Assembly: GCF_964355755.1 (NCBI RefSeq)
Contig: NC_092677.1
Location: forward strand, 7,152,101 to 7,216,100
Direction of reading: 5' to 3'
Length of the DNA: 64,000 nucleotides
Source of the DNA: Antedon mediterranea
Lineage: Eukaryota; Animalia; Echinodermata
The position numbers and the translations under genes were made by a program. Below the pieces are notes generated by a model. That model made no database searches. It had not been told where the DNA came from and saw only the letters and a program-made list of their open reading frames with translations. Every line of letters starts with the position of its first letter. Within the stretch, counting starts at the first letter, position 1. Positions 1-11,859 of the stretch are shown here, piece after piece.

Positions 1-1441
1 GCTTTCCTGAAAAATAAAAACAATGCTGAAATTAAACTTTGCCATTTCAATAATCATTTTGCTTACTTTAAAAAAAAAGAAAGAAATTAATAAGATATGT
101 TTACTCTAACCCGATTTGAAATAAATAAACGTTGATTTGATTTAAAAAAATGTTTTCAAAAGTTAAATGAGTATCATAATCCATTTCTATAAAAGATTTT
201 TGGTATAAAAAAAATTATAAATATGCATAAAATATCTTTTTCAAACTCGCAACCTCTCCTTTACAGGGAGAGTATCATGCCTTTAGACCTCTTTGAATTA
301 AGACATACAGTACTGTACCTGTATATATTCTTCTGTTTTCTCCCATTTAAAATCTGAGATAAGATCAATTGATTGATGCAAAAGGAAACCAATGAAACCT
401 GTAGAAAACCCAATCAACGCCATCATTACCCATCGGTCCCATTCCAACCTATGATTACAAAGTTCACCATATTTTAATCATTTTTTTACATTGGACAGTA
501 GAAACCGTCAATTCGGACATACCTAATCAGAGGACACACGGGACACTATGCCATGAAACGAAATTGCTATTCTACAGTGGTGAGTGCCTTATGTCTGTAT
601 TCATTGTCTTCTTACTTATTTGTTTTATTTCGATTTTTGGAGTATCCAAAATTAAGTAGTATACGTATGAAACGCCATATGTGCCAAAATATTTATCTTT
701 TTACTAATATTAAGACAAAAGTCTGTCTGGAACCCAGACTATAGTGATGGTCTTTCACACCTGTTCCGGGACAGTTCCAGTCTGGCGATGGCATATCAAA
801 TCGAATGCCAAAGTTCGTTTTCACGTGGCTACACGCATAAGCACATTCTCCTGAACACTGCCATTGGGTTAAGTTGTCAAAACAAGTACTGAGACTGGTA
901 GCCGCTTAGTCCAAGCCCCCTTCATTTAAAACATAATATAATAAACTTTGAAAAAGAATACTTTTCGATTATCATTTTTCCATATGAAAAAAAAAATATT
1001 TGAAAAACATTTTTTATCTGCAACCTAAGTTTTCACATCCAGAAGACAAAGAGAAAGAACAATAATACAAATTAAAATGTCAATTATAGAATAGCGCAGT
1101 AAATAAAATTATCTCAGATTGTAAAGCATTTTGTGCGCAAGACTAAACAATATGTTGGCGTCCACCACCCGCTGAAATCTGCACTAGTACTAAATTTTCT
1201 TGTACCTTGCTGGTTGTTTTCTCAGCCAAGTCTTATAAGCCTGGCTGTGAGGAGGCAGGTAGTCAAGACTCTCATACGTGGCCAACAACTCACGTTCCTG
1301 TCTTGTGTACTTGTGGTTTACGTAACGACTTTCAAAATCTCTTCCTCTTGCAAAAAATCGACTGTTATCGTCAGATGGATGTGATTCAGAGTGATCATCA
1401 TCAAATGTTGAATTTACGACAAGTTTTCTTCTTCTGGACAT
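1..1441 (-). CDS. CLC-family chloride channel / H+/Cl- exchanger (CLC-6/7-related group), 5' part; coding exons 1206-1441, 319-448, <1-6; continues beyond the window start
   Basis: The spliced translation MSRRRK...LATYESLDYLPPHSQAYKTWLRKQPAR|LEWDRWVMMALIGFSTGFIGFLLHQSIDLISDFKWEKTEEYIQ|ES contains the ESLDY motif followed by the RW...LIG first membrane helix typical of CLC-6/7-like proteins. GT-AG sites and phases are consistent. An acceptor at 1450-1451 implies an upstream non-coding exon (candidate donor GTGAGT at ~2248-2253). Confidence 0.88.
654..744 (-). mobile_element. Short dispersed repeat (TAGTCTGGGTTCCAGAC-type end); intact paralogue of the site hit by the Academ element
   Basis: The reverse complement matches 7393-7400 joined to 14421-14502, and also matches 36823-36910. 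Confidence 0.75.
749..839 (+). mobile_element. Half copy of the PIF/Harbinger-type MITE found intact at 36482-36672
   Basis: GGTCTTTCACACCTGTTCCGG...TTCGTTTTCACGTGGCTACACGCATA aligns to the left half of that MITE. Confidence 0.7.
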
Positions 1442-1899
1442 TCTCTCTCCTTCAAAAATAAATAACAATATTAAAACAATAATATATCATTTTTCATGCG
1501 GACAGGGTGAAAAGCTAAACAATTAGTTCACATCCATTAACATTTAAAAAATAACTACAATATCATAGTCACCAACTGTCTCGCATCGTGCATTTCAAAG
1601 CGATTTTTAATGTAACACGCATTTTGACCACATATTTGTCACGCATTTCGCAGAAGTATTTGCGTGATTATTTTTTAACACTTTTTGAGAGGAAAATGCC
1701 TTCAAATTAATTTATGTATATTTTAAAAGTACAAAACAGTTATGCATGTATTCATTAATAATAAACACCACATATATAATATAGCGAAAATACATAATAT
1801 CAGGAAATTAATTAATTTTTCCGTGGTCGCTCACCGTGACGAAGGGCTCAAATACTTAACCTAACTTGGCAGGAGGGGAGGGCTGTCACTTATTATAAT

Positions 1900-2250
1900 A
1901 TAGGCCTACACTTAGCACTATTGCCACCGGAGGAGGCTAACTAACTAAGGCCTACTTACTACTAACTAGGCCTACTAGGGGGCCTATTCTAGCCTAACAG
2001 GCTTAGGCCTAGGCCCTACCTAGCCTAGACGGTTTTACTATTAACTATTAGGCGTAGGCTAGTATTAATTAATTAGGAGTAGGGGCCTAGCCTAGGCCTC
2101 TAGTAGGCCTATCCTAGGCCTACCTCCCTAGAATTCAGCTAATTCGGCTAATATTATTCATATGTGATATGTCAGCAGATTTAATTATTTAAATTCTATC
2201 ATCAAAAAACAAAGATTAAACAAACTACTCTATAGGCCTAGCTAGCTACT
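1900..2250. promoter_or_regulatory. AGGCCTA/CTAG-rich island in the predicted first intron of the CLC gene
   Basis: About ten GGCCT(A) motifs in 350 bp, directly on the intron side of the candidate first-exon donor. The regulatory role is inferred. Confidence 0.45.
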
Positions 2251-2820
2251 CACAATAACACGGAAACAATTCAAAAGTGTGAATTTGTTTACATGTGACG
2301 TACGTAAATAACTAATGTAAATTCTATTTGTACGGTAACCGTGTAAATAATGATGGCATGATGATGAGATGGTGGCACGGCGACGACGAAAGGCGGAGTG
2401 TAATTTAAAGGGTAGCTCCGGTTTTAAAAGTAGTTCTTCCTCATTTATTTCACGAAATTAAGCCGAAAGAAACAAGATTGTTACAGCAACACAGAAACTT
2501 AAGAAAATCTTTAAAAAAATTGCGTAAGAGCTGGAGCCCGCCCCCCCCCCCCTACGACAAAAATAATAGACATGACCGTCTCACAAAAATTGTACATAAT
2601 AGTTCATAATCTACAACATTAGCTTTCACAATGTTTACCGATTTAGAAGCTATGCAAAGAGCACCGTTTTACACAAATTTGCATGTAACGCAGAATTAAT
2701 TTATCGACGTGGGAATTTATCGGTAGACCTACACAAAAATCTGTGAATAGGCCTATTGTTGAGGAGAAAAAAAGGATACGAGGCCTTTATTACCAAAGTG
2801 AAGTAGCCTATTTCCGGGCG

Positions 2821-3150
2821 ATTCAGATTCAGATTCAGATTCGAATTATTAAACGTCATTCATACATAGTATAATGATAATTGTTTTCTTGGCAGAAAAA
2901 CACAAGCAAAACAATACATACAAAATATTTACATTCGTGATCAACTTGGAACTAACAACAACAAATGATCAGCAATAAAAAATACAACAGACCTAATGAC
3001 CTATCTTTGAAACTCACTGTTGTATAGTCTAATAGCGCTAGGTAAGAATGAAAATTTATGTCTATTTGTTTTTACTGAAATTGTTGTTAATCTTCCAGAT
3101 CTGGTAACTACTAACTTATTGTTGAGAATAAGTTAGTAGATGAGACATTG
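2821..3150 (-). mobile_element. 5'-truncated non-LTR retrotransposon 3' end (CR1/L2/Rex1 group)
   Basis: The minus strand reads TRSGRLTTISVKTNRHKFSFLPSAIRLYNSEFQR*, resembling the C-terminus of CR1/Rex1-group ORF2. It is followed by a 3' UTR and a (GAATCT)n tail at 2821-2842. Confidence 0.65.
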
Positions 3151-4308
3151 ATATTATCAATCTATCCAGATGCCCAGGCCTTGTACAAAACAAAGAAACG
3201 GCATACTAATATAGCCCTATGCTATTGTTTGGTTTTCGTTATGCCTGAATATTAATGATTGACAGGCATAGGCCTATGGATGTGTACTTTCTTTATTGAG
3301 ATAGTTTATAGACCTTTTCCTTAGGAATATTATAATTCTACCCTTTGTGTTGTGGTGTGTGGTACGGTACAAGTCACAGGCTGTCAAAAAACGTTCCTTC
3401 CCGCTAGAGGCCTTTAATGGTAAATATTTGTTGGTAAATGGTGCGTAGGCCTATAGATGAAGAATTATTTGATATTGAGTACGTTTGTCGGTAGCTGGGA
3501 AATTATAAGTTGTGTGTATTTGAATGTTTGGGTGTGTCACTATGACATAAGGGAGTAACGCCCCTACCCCGGAATATGTACAGTCCACCCACTACCATTC
3601 TTTAGTTTAGGATTATATTTTTCTTTTTGTAGGCCTACTGTAGGCCACACTATAATATTTTAAAGCTATAGGCCTAGGCCTACTTTGACAATTCACTTTT
3701 AAACTCTACTTTTATGTGGTATTTTGTCTTTGTTAAGCACGTTGAGGATTTTGCTTAATGCGCTATAGGCCTATATAAGCCTGGATTAGCATTTCTAAAT
3801 TGAAAAATCAGATTCACAATGTCATTCATTGATACCTCCATTTGTCATTGAAGTTGGTTGTGGAATACTATAGGGAATACAATACGGTTCAGGTTGCACA
3901 GAAAATTTGGCTTCTATTAACTGAAATATCTTATTTTTTGTTGCCGGTAAAATACCGATTTTGCCCACTGCTGATTTGCACCATTTTGGACAAAATCAGA
4001 TCAAAAGTTAAATCTCAAGGTTTTAGGTTTTTGTATTTAGAATTATATAATTAATCAAGGGCAGCAACAATCCATTATCAATTGGAATTTGAGAAAATTG
4101 AATTTAGAATAGATCGACACAATTTGGCCAATCACACGAGGCGATGGATCATCCAAACTAACTTATCGCTTATGATTTGTCAACTGACTTGCGTTTCGCC
4201 TACGTCATCGCTTGAAGTCAAGTGGACTGTTACCTGTAGACGAGACCTACTAACCATCGCCAGGACTATTATGTTTATCCGTTTACCTTCACAAAAAGCA
4301 AATTATAT

Positions 4309-5628
4309 ATGGCCGACATTGAAAGAGAAACTGTATCTTTAATCGACACAACGAGATGCCAACTTTACACTAGAAGATGGTTTATGTTATTAATATTCAT
4401 GTCTCTGCAGTTATCAAGCGGAATGATGATGGTCCAGTATGCGGCAATATCAGATGAGGTTGAAGTTTATTTTGACGTTCGTGCGCCTATTGTAGATACA
4501 CTAAGTACTGTCTATTTCCTAACGTACATAGTTTTTGTATTTTTTGCACTATTTCTAGTTGAGAAGAAAGGCGTGAAAGCAATTACTGTAACAGGCGGTG
4601 TTTTACACCTTGCTGGCTCATGGATTCGTTATATCGGAATAATTCATCAATCCATTTATTTAAGTATTTTTGGCCAGATACTTTGCGGAACGGGGCAACC
4701 ATGTTGCCTTGGAATTTCCTCACAATTTGCGGGTACGTGGTTTGGATCTAACGAAGTTTCTTTAGCAAGTGGACTTGTATACACTGCATTCAATATTGGA
4801 ATTGCAATTTCATTCATAATACCAACTCAGCTATTACAATTTCAGACTGATATCAAACTTAAATATATGTTTCTGGGAACAGCAGTTTTGATGACGATAA
4901 TTTTACCAATAATAATTTGTTTCTTTGAGGAGAAACCACAATCGGCTCCCAGTCTTCAGAAAAAGAATTCAGTTCAAAGAAAACAAACCAATTTTTGGAA
5001 ATCTATCAAATTTGTAATCACAAATAAAAACTTTGCCTTACTCCTTACGACTTGTGGCCTTGCTATCGGGCAATCTGCATTTATCATGGTGAAAATAAAA
5101 TATATATTTGTAACTGTATATCCAGAAAAGAGCAGTAATATTAGCGCTGTTGTTTTGGGTAGCTTAGTGACTGTTAATATCGGAGCCGTAGTAGGCGGTT
5201 GGATTTTAGACCGAACTAAAAAGTTTTTATTGGCAACAAGAATTATTGTACTCATGATATTTGTAACCTTTGTATGTTTCACGTTGTCACTAAAATATGA
5301 ATATAGCTGGTGGAGTTTCATATCTTTTTATATTTATTTCATTTTATCTCGTGTTCTGTTCCCAGTATCGTTCGAAACTGCTGCGGAACAGACTTATCCG
5401 GAACCCGAATCCGTTTCTGCATCAGTAATAGTCACTTCTGTTGATATTGTAGCGTTATTTACCGTATATGTTTATGATATTGTCCTAGAACATTTCAATT
5501 TGAATAAAGCCAATATCATGATATGCATAATGGGGGCATTAGCGGTATTTATAACTATATTTATTAAACCTGATAACCGAAGACAGGATGCTGATAGAGA
5601 AATAGATATGTATTTCGCAGAAGAATAG
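4309..5628 (+). CDS. FLVCR/SLC49-family MFS transporter, single coding exon, 439 aa
   Basis: Uninterrupted ORF with ~12 hydrophobic segments. It has the N-terminal LYTRRW motif, GQ...WFGSNEVSLA, GGWILDRTKKF (MFS motif A-like) and FETAAEQTYPEPESVS, all typical of FLVCR/MFSD7/DIRC2 proteins. Confidence 0.92.
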   Translation: MADIERETVSLIDTTRCQLYTRRWFMLLIFMSLQLSSGMMMVQYAAISDEVEVYFDVRAPIVDTLSTVYFLTYIVFVFFALFLVEKKGVKAITVTGGVLHLAGSWIRYIGIIHQSIYLSIFGQILCGTGQPCCLGISSQFAGTWFGSNEVSLASGLVYTAFNIGIAISFIIPTQLLQFQTDIKLKYMFLGTAVLMTIILPIIICFFEEKPQSAPSLQKKNSVQRKQTNFWKSIKFVITNKNFALLLTTCGLAIGQSAFIMVKIKYIFVTVYPEKSSNISAVVLGSLVTVNIGAVVGGWILDRTKKFLLATRIIVLMIFVTFVCFTLSLKYEYSWWSFISFYIYFILSRVLFPVSFETAAEQTYPEPESVSASVIVTSVDIVALFTVYVYDIVLEHFNLNKANIMICIMGALAVFITIFIKPDNRRQDADREIDMYFAEE

Positions 5629-8600
5629 TTTTACTTTCTATGGAACCAATTTGATTGGTTTCATTTTGCAATCGGATGGATTCAGTCACGAATGTTATTA
5701 TTATTATTGGTATGAGATTAATAGCTGTTTTAATTACCGCACTCAATCCAATTTCGATTGCAAAAACCCCGATGGCAAATTAATTATTAATTAAAATGAT
5801 AAATATTTCTTTTACATCATTATACTGGTGGTAGGACGTGTAATCAGTTTCTGCATACATACTTATTTGTATAAGCAATTAAATTAAACTATCAAGCATC
5901 ATTTTTTAATAATTTTAAAAGTAATTCAAACATTTTTCTTGTTGAACTTTTGTTAATTGGTGATTTCAAATGAATAACTATAATATTAGATAAACAACAT
6001 TGGTGGGTCAAGTCATTTTACAGTTGTACAATTTAAAATGACTTGTCTATCGTGGAACTAGAAACAAGCAAAGCCGAACATTATCCGATAAATGTTTTGT
6101 GGAAACGGGCTTTAACCGATTTCACTTTAGACAAAATTAACTGTTAATTTATTTCATTTAAATCAAATACCTGTATAATGCGATACTTGTTAACCTTTGA
6201 CCAAAAGGTCAAATATTTAGCCCACATGCCGGCACTTTGATCGTGCGCACTTGAGTTTTTTTATAACGATGCGATTGGTTAAAAATTAACTGATAATCAA
6301 TTTTCATTCTAAAGCTCGTTGGAAAAAAGGGGTAATTAACTGTGGTGGTCTTCGTTTGCTTAAAGTGTCGTATTTAAAAGTGGTTGCAAAATAATAAAAA
6401 AGTAATGGATAAATCGTTCCGTATTGATTTTGTTATGCTTTAATTACACCAGATTCTTGTACGGTATTATGTCCAGAGACAAAACAGCATCTACAGTTTC
6501 TTATTTGCTGACTCTCACAACCTTTATCCCATAATGGTCAGGTACAGTTATGACTCTCTCTCTCTCTCTCCCCCTGGAATAAAAAAAAAAAAACACTGGA
6601 CGCTTGAATCATGTTTCTCCATGCTTGAATGGAATGAAATGTCCAAGAAGTTACACATGGTCATAATCAGGGGGCGGACCGAGGGGTGTTGCCCAGTGGC
6701 TCGGGAATTTCATACTAAATGTTTTTTCTGCCATTAAATTAAAAATTTGATCCCACTTCATCGTATGCAATAGGGCCTATAACGTTATAAAAATCCAGGG
6801 CTGAAACAGAATCTATATTAATTATAATTTGATTAAGGGAAAAATGGGTTGTTATTGTAAAACTCGCTAGTGGGTGAACGGATGACGCCGCAATTAATAT
6901 CACTGTTGTACGGTTTTACATGTACTGTAGTAGTAAATGAATAGTTTTGATTTCTTTAATTGATTTTAAAAAGTTATAAATTAAAAAAATTTCGATTTTT
7001 TTACAATTGTATGCTTTCATGATGTTTTAAACAAGTAAATTATTTTAAGGGTTCAGTATCTACATTAGCGCCAAATCGGCAGCAGCCTTACGTACAGTGG
7101 TGGCGACAGGATTGTAGGCCTATATGGCCTATGTCGTATTCGAACGATACTGTGTTTGTCATTACAGTATTATTTTACTAGGCCTTATTTTATAAGCTAC
7201 CGTATGTGTTTTCATATTTATATTTGTACAATAAACTACAACAAAATGTTCGTTCTTGTTTTCATATTTCTTTTTCACCACCAATCCATTTGGAGTGACA
7301 CTGCAGATAACATCTGGAGTAGCTATCCCTCCCGACGGCCGCGTATTTGTAATAGCAGGCACCGAAAAATGTAAACAGCATTTACGAATACCTAGTCTGG
7401 TAGTCCAGGAGTATTAGACTTTGAGGTAGAAATAAATATGCTAAAGCTGAATTTTTCAGGATAGGTCCCTAATGTTGTCTGAAACAACATACTAAAAGTC
7501 CCCGGGTTTCCCCGTTGTGCTTCAACCCGATTGGGCCATTTTTCAAAATGGCGGCCATCTTAAAATTATTTACCATATGCTGACAACCAGTAGATGTAAG
7601 TAAACAATCTTGGTGTCAAAATACTCAGAAGACCCATATTTATATTCACTGTAATGAGAAAGTTTAACAAAAAATGGTCAGAAATGCCTGTTTTGACCTT
7701 TGACCCTAAATTTGGATTATCTCAATATCTCATCAACGACTGGCCGTAGAGACTTCAAAGTTGTCCCAAATTATTCAGAATGCCCAACTTTCTATTCACT
7801 TTAATGATAGAAAAATACCAAATTCCTTTAGAAACCTTCTATTTTGACCTTTGAACTATTGACCTAGACATATTTTAATTGTATAGACATCTTGGTGATC
7901 AATAGGAGTACACAAGCGAAATTGGTGTCAAAATACTCAGAAGACCCATATTTATATTCATTATAATGGAAAAGTTTTTTAAAAATTGACCCTAAATTTG
8001 GATTATCTCAATATCTCATCAACGACTGGCCGTAGAGACTTCAAAGTTGTCCCAAATTATTCGGAATGCCCAACTTTCTATTCACTTTAATGAAAGAAAA
8101 ATACCAAATTCCTTTAGAAACCTTCTATTTTGACCTTTGAACCCTTGATCTAGTCATATTTTATACCAAAATTGTATAGAAATCTTGGTGATCGATAGGA
8201 ATACATAAGGGAATTTGGTGTCAAAATACTCCAAAACACCCATGTTTCTGTTTACTCTTATAGAAATAATGTACTAAATGCGATTGAAAGTGTTTTGACC
8301 TTTGACCTTAATCATTACATTTTAATGAAAATTAGTCTCATTTCGTGCCTAGCTTACCTGTATAAACCGACAATAGCCCGTGCTCTCCAGAGGGAGGGCT
8401 TAGATGCAAAAAGTTAAATTTAAGTTGACATAAAGATAGACAGAATCTAACAATTCATCAGTATGGCCATTGCCATGAGAGGTAAAATTCATTCCAAATT
8501 GCTCAGATGCTAAACAGACAAACCAAGCCCCAATTTTAAACTATATATATATGATACATTTTACTGTCTGTTTGGGCTTTAGCCTGTTTTCACTTCTTTT

Positions 8601-10479
8601 ATTCATTAGTAACCAAACAAATGTTGAAATATCAAGGTTAGAAATTAGTCCTCCAAAAAATGCCACGCATTCTCTATATGGCTAATGTCCATGTTTAAAC
8701 TTTGGAGCTACACCAATTCTGAAATGTTTCCTCTTCGGCAGCGTCATTTAATATAGCAGAGACCACTACTGGTTGATTTGACACACACTTATTGGTAAAA
8801 TTGTTGGTTTTTTTTCAATTGAGCTGCACTATTACATTTCTTTGTGTATATAGGTCTGGAGTACATAATTCATCTTATAACATTTTTTAAATTGTCTAAA
8901 ACTGCACACTGTACATAGTCACCCACCACCCAACCATTTATCAAGGTCTCAGTCTAAGTCTCATTTAGGCTCTAGTCATACAGTACCTCCGATTCTTATC
9001 TGATATGATGCAATTTAATTTTAAAAGAATTATTGCATTTATCTTTAAGATGTGAACATTTTTCTCTGTTTTTTTTTCTAATCAAAATTCTCTAAAAATC
9101 GAAAATACTTCAGGACTATATGATGGTTAATAAAATAAGGGCATGGAAATCTGTTGAAGACCATAACAACTTTACAGTGACAATTTCTTTATAATCCATC
9201 TTGATAGATTTGTAAGAGTTTCATATTGTATTTTATTATTTAGGTGATTTGTCAAATGACACATTGTGACCCTTTGATACCTGAAATTATGGCCTCATAT
9301 CTATATTGATGAATATTATTATTCGTCCATCGGACATTTTTTCTAGGCTGTTTTAGATAAATTTGACATCTCATGGCATGATGAATGGTATGATATGTCC
9401 ATCATGCTATTTGGGACTTAAATTATTAAATTATAATGTAGTGATTAAAGTCAAACAAAGGTAAAAAAACATGGGTGTTTTGGAATATTTTGACAACAAA
9501 TTCGCTTATGTATTCCTATCGATCACCAAGATTTCTATATAATTATGATATAAAATATTGTATTGGCCAGATCAATAGTTCAAATGGCAAAATAGGTGGT
9601 TTCTACAGGCTTTTAGTATTTTTCTTTAACTACAGTGAATAGATAGTTGGGCACACTGCTTAATTTAGGACAATTTTGAAGTCTCTACGGCCAGCAGTTG
9701 ATGCGGTATTGAGATAACACTAATTTAGGGTCAAAGTTATAAATTTTGAAACCAATTTCGTATACTATCGATCACCAAGATGTCTATAAAAATAAATATG
9801 CCTATGTCAATAGTTCAAAGGTCAAAATAGAAGGTTTCTAAAGGTTTTTGGTATTTTTCTTTCATTAAAGTATTTAAATAGAAAGTTGGGCATTCCGAAT
9901 AATTTGGGACAACTTTGAAGTCTCTACGGCCAGTCGTTGATGAGATATTGAGATAATCCAAATTTAGGGTGAAAGTTCAAAACATGCATTTCCGGTCATT
10001 TTTTAAAAACCTTTTCCTTTATTAGTATCCCTAACTAAAGGTTTATCTGTGAAAAAATTTAAAAGAAGCAAATTTCAACTGATTTTGGTAGGTATGGGTA
10101 TGGACAACTACCAAAAAAAAAGAAGGGGAGATAGGGGCTGGGGAAAATTTTTTATCGGAGGTCAAAGTTCATTGACCATTGCCAAATAGCTATAATTATT
10201 GTATGAATCATATTTCGTCACCAGAATATGGTATCTAAGTAAAATTGGTGTCAAAATGTGCAGAATTAAAAAAGGAATAACACTTAAAATAGAAGTCATG
10301 TCTTTGGATCAAATCTTGACCACTAAAAATGAGGTCAAAGGTCAAAAAGTCAAATTTTCTACATAAAATGGCATATAATTGATTTCAGCAACATAATGGT
10401 ATATTGATGTTAAAATATGCAGGAAAAAAAAGAAGAAAACTTGGAACAAAAACAAACAACTTAAAAAATGAGGTCAAAG

Positions 10480-11138
10480 GTCCACTGCACACACCACATG
10501 CAGATACACACAACATGCCAGCTATCATGCAGCTGCATCTCCTGGTTTGGCATTGCCTTTCGCCTTTCTTGCAATTGCAGCAGATTCCTTTGAGAAGGTT
10601 GTCTGGCGCAATACCACAAGAGAGCATCTTAGGTTTAAGTTTTCTGTTGGAGTCTAATTCTCATCCTCTTCCTTTGGGTTCAAGAACCGAAGTGTTCAGA
10701 TGCCTCCATATTCCAACTTGAAGATGAACACGCAGGCCATCAAAGTCTGCTTGAAGATACAAGTTAGTACAGTCGATAGGTCTATGATAGCAGAGCAAAA
10801 TCAAAATATCAGTGTCCTGGGCGACAACAAAAACTGGGGAATTAACACCTACGACCAAATCCATTGCAGATCTAACAATCAGTGTGTCACCATCATCCTT
10901 TGTTTGGCGTACAGTGATATGCTGTCTTGCCATCTCTGTAGATATCATCGTGATCAAGGCTCCTTTGTTCTTCTCATTTGCCAGGAATACCTCTCTATCA
11001 CATGACACAGTCAGGTCCAGTGTGACACTCAAGTCCGGAGAAACCTTCTTTCCAGCCATCCGGCGTATATGCTCGATGGCCTTTCATTGATGATTCTTCC
11101 CCGTAGCCATCAAACACGACGGTAGCACTCTTGAATTT
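10480..11138 (-). pseudogene. Inverted, internally deleted copy of the Academ XPG-Cys8 coding region
   Basis: Reads VVFDGYG..FLANEKNK..DDGDTLIV..AQDTDILILL..LRVHLQ..CCNCKK..CQTRRCSC..CVSACGVC. It is the reverse complement of 12054-13053 with a 339-bp deletion, a frameshift and a TGA stop. Confidence 0.8.
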
Positions 11139-11859
11139 CGTGAGGTAATTTCCCGATTGACCGTAATTAAAACGGTACTGGGTATGGTCTACTAGTTTTT
11201 CTGCTCCCAACCAGTACATCCATTCATAGAAGCTTTGATGAAGTAAGCCTACCTGGTGGTAACCATAGAACAGTCCCGAGATAACGACTATACTTCGGCT
11301 TTAGTCGATAGAAGATTGAAAAAATTGTTAGAGATAGAGTATACGATGTTTGATTATGTGTAGATGTGTGATTTGTTCTTTTATTCTAATGATGTTCTGC
11401 ACAAGGAATTGGAGATAATAGTTGGGTATAATATCGAATATAATATCATTATAATGATTTTTTATATCAATTACCGGTAATTAAATTATCGTAGGTTGTA
11501 TATTATGCGATAAATATTATTTAATACATTTTTGATATATTATTATTATATTAATAAAAAGATATTTGTTAGTATAAATTAAAAATATAGATATAAGGAA
11601 GAAAAGCAAAGAGATTATGGAGCGGCTGTACCAGAATACACAACACTAGGTATTGTAAAGTTAATATACAAAAAATTTAGGCGATCTTGTCAAAGGTCAA
11701 GCGCCTGCCACGTTTCGTGGATATTCAATATTGAACTTGACCTGACGTTGTTCCACAATATCTTTATATGAAAATGGCCTTAAAACAGATAACCCTCAGC
11801 CAAAACCTGTTTCTCAGGAGACCACCAATGGACCAAGCAGCAATGTAATTTCACAATGG

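Noticed and set aside
2292-2299. CLEAR/M-box-like CATGTGAC near the CLC promoter
   Set aside because: A single short motif with an unmapped TSS is not distinguishable from chance.
4974-5321. Antisense ORFs overlapping real exons (also 61385-61759, 10404-11090 +, 12249-13054 -)
   Set aside because: These are shadow frames of coding sequence on the opposite strand.
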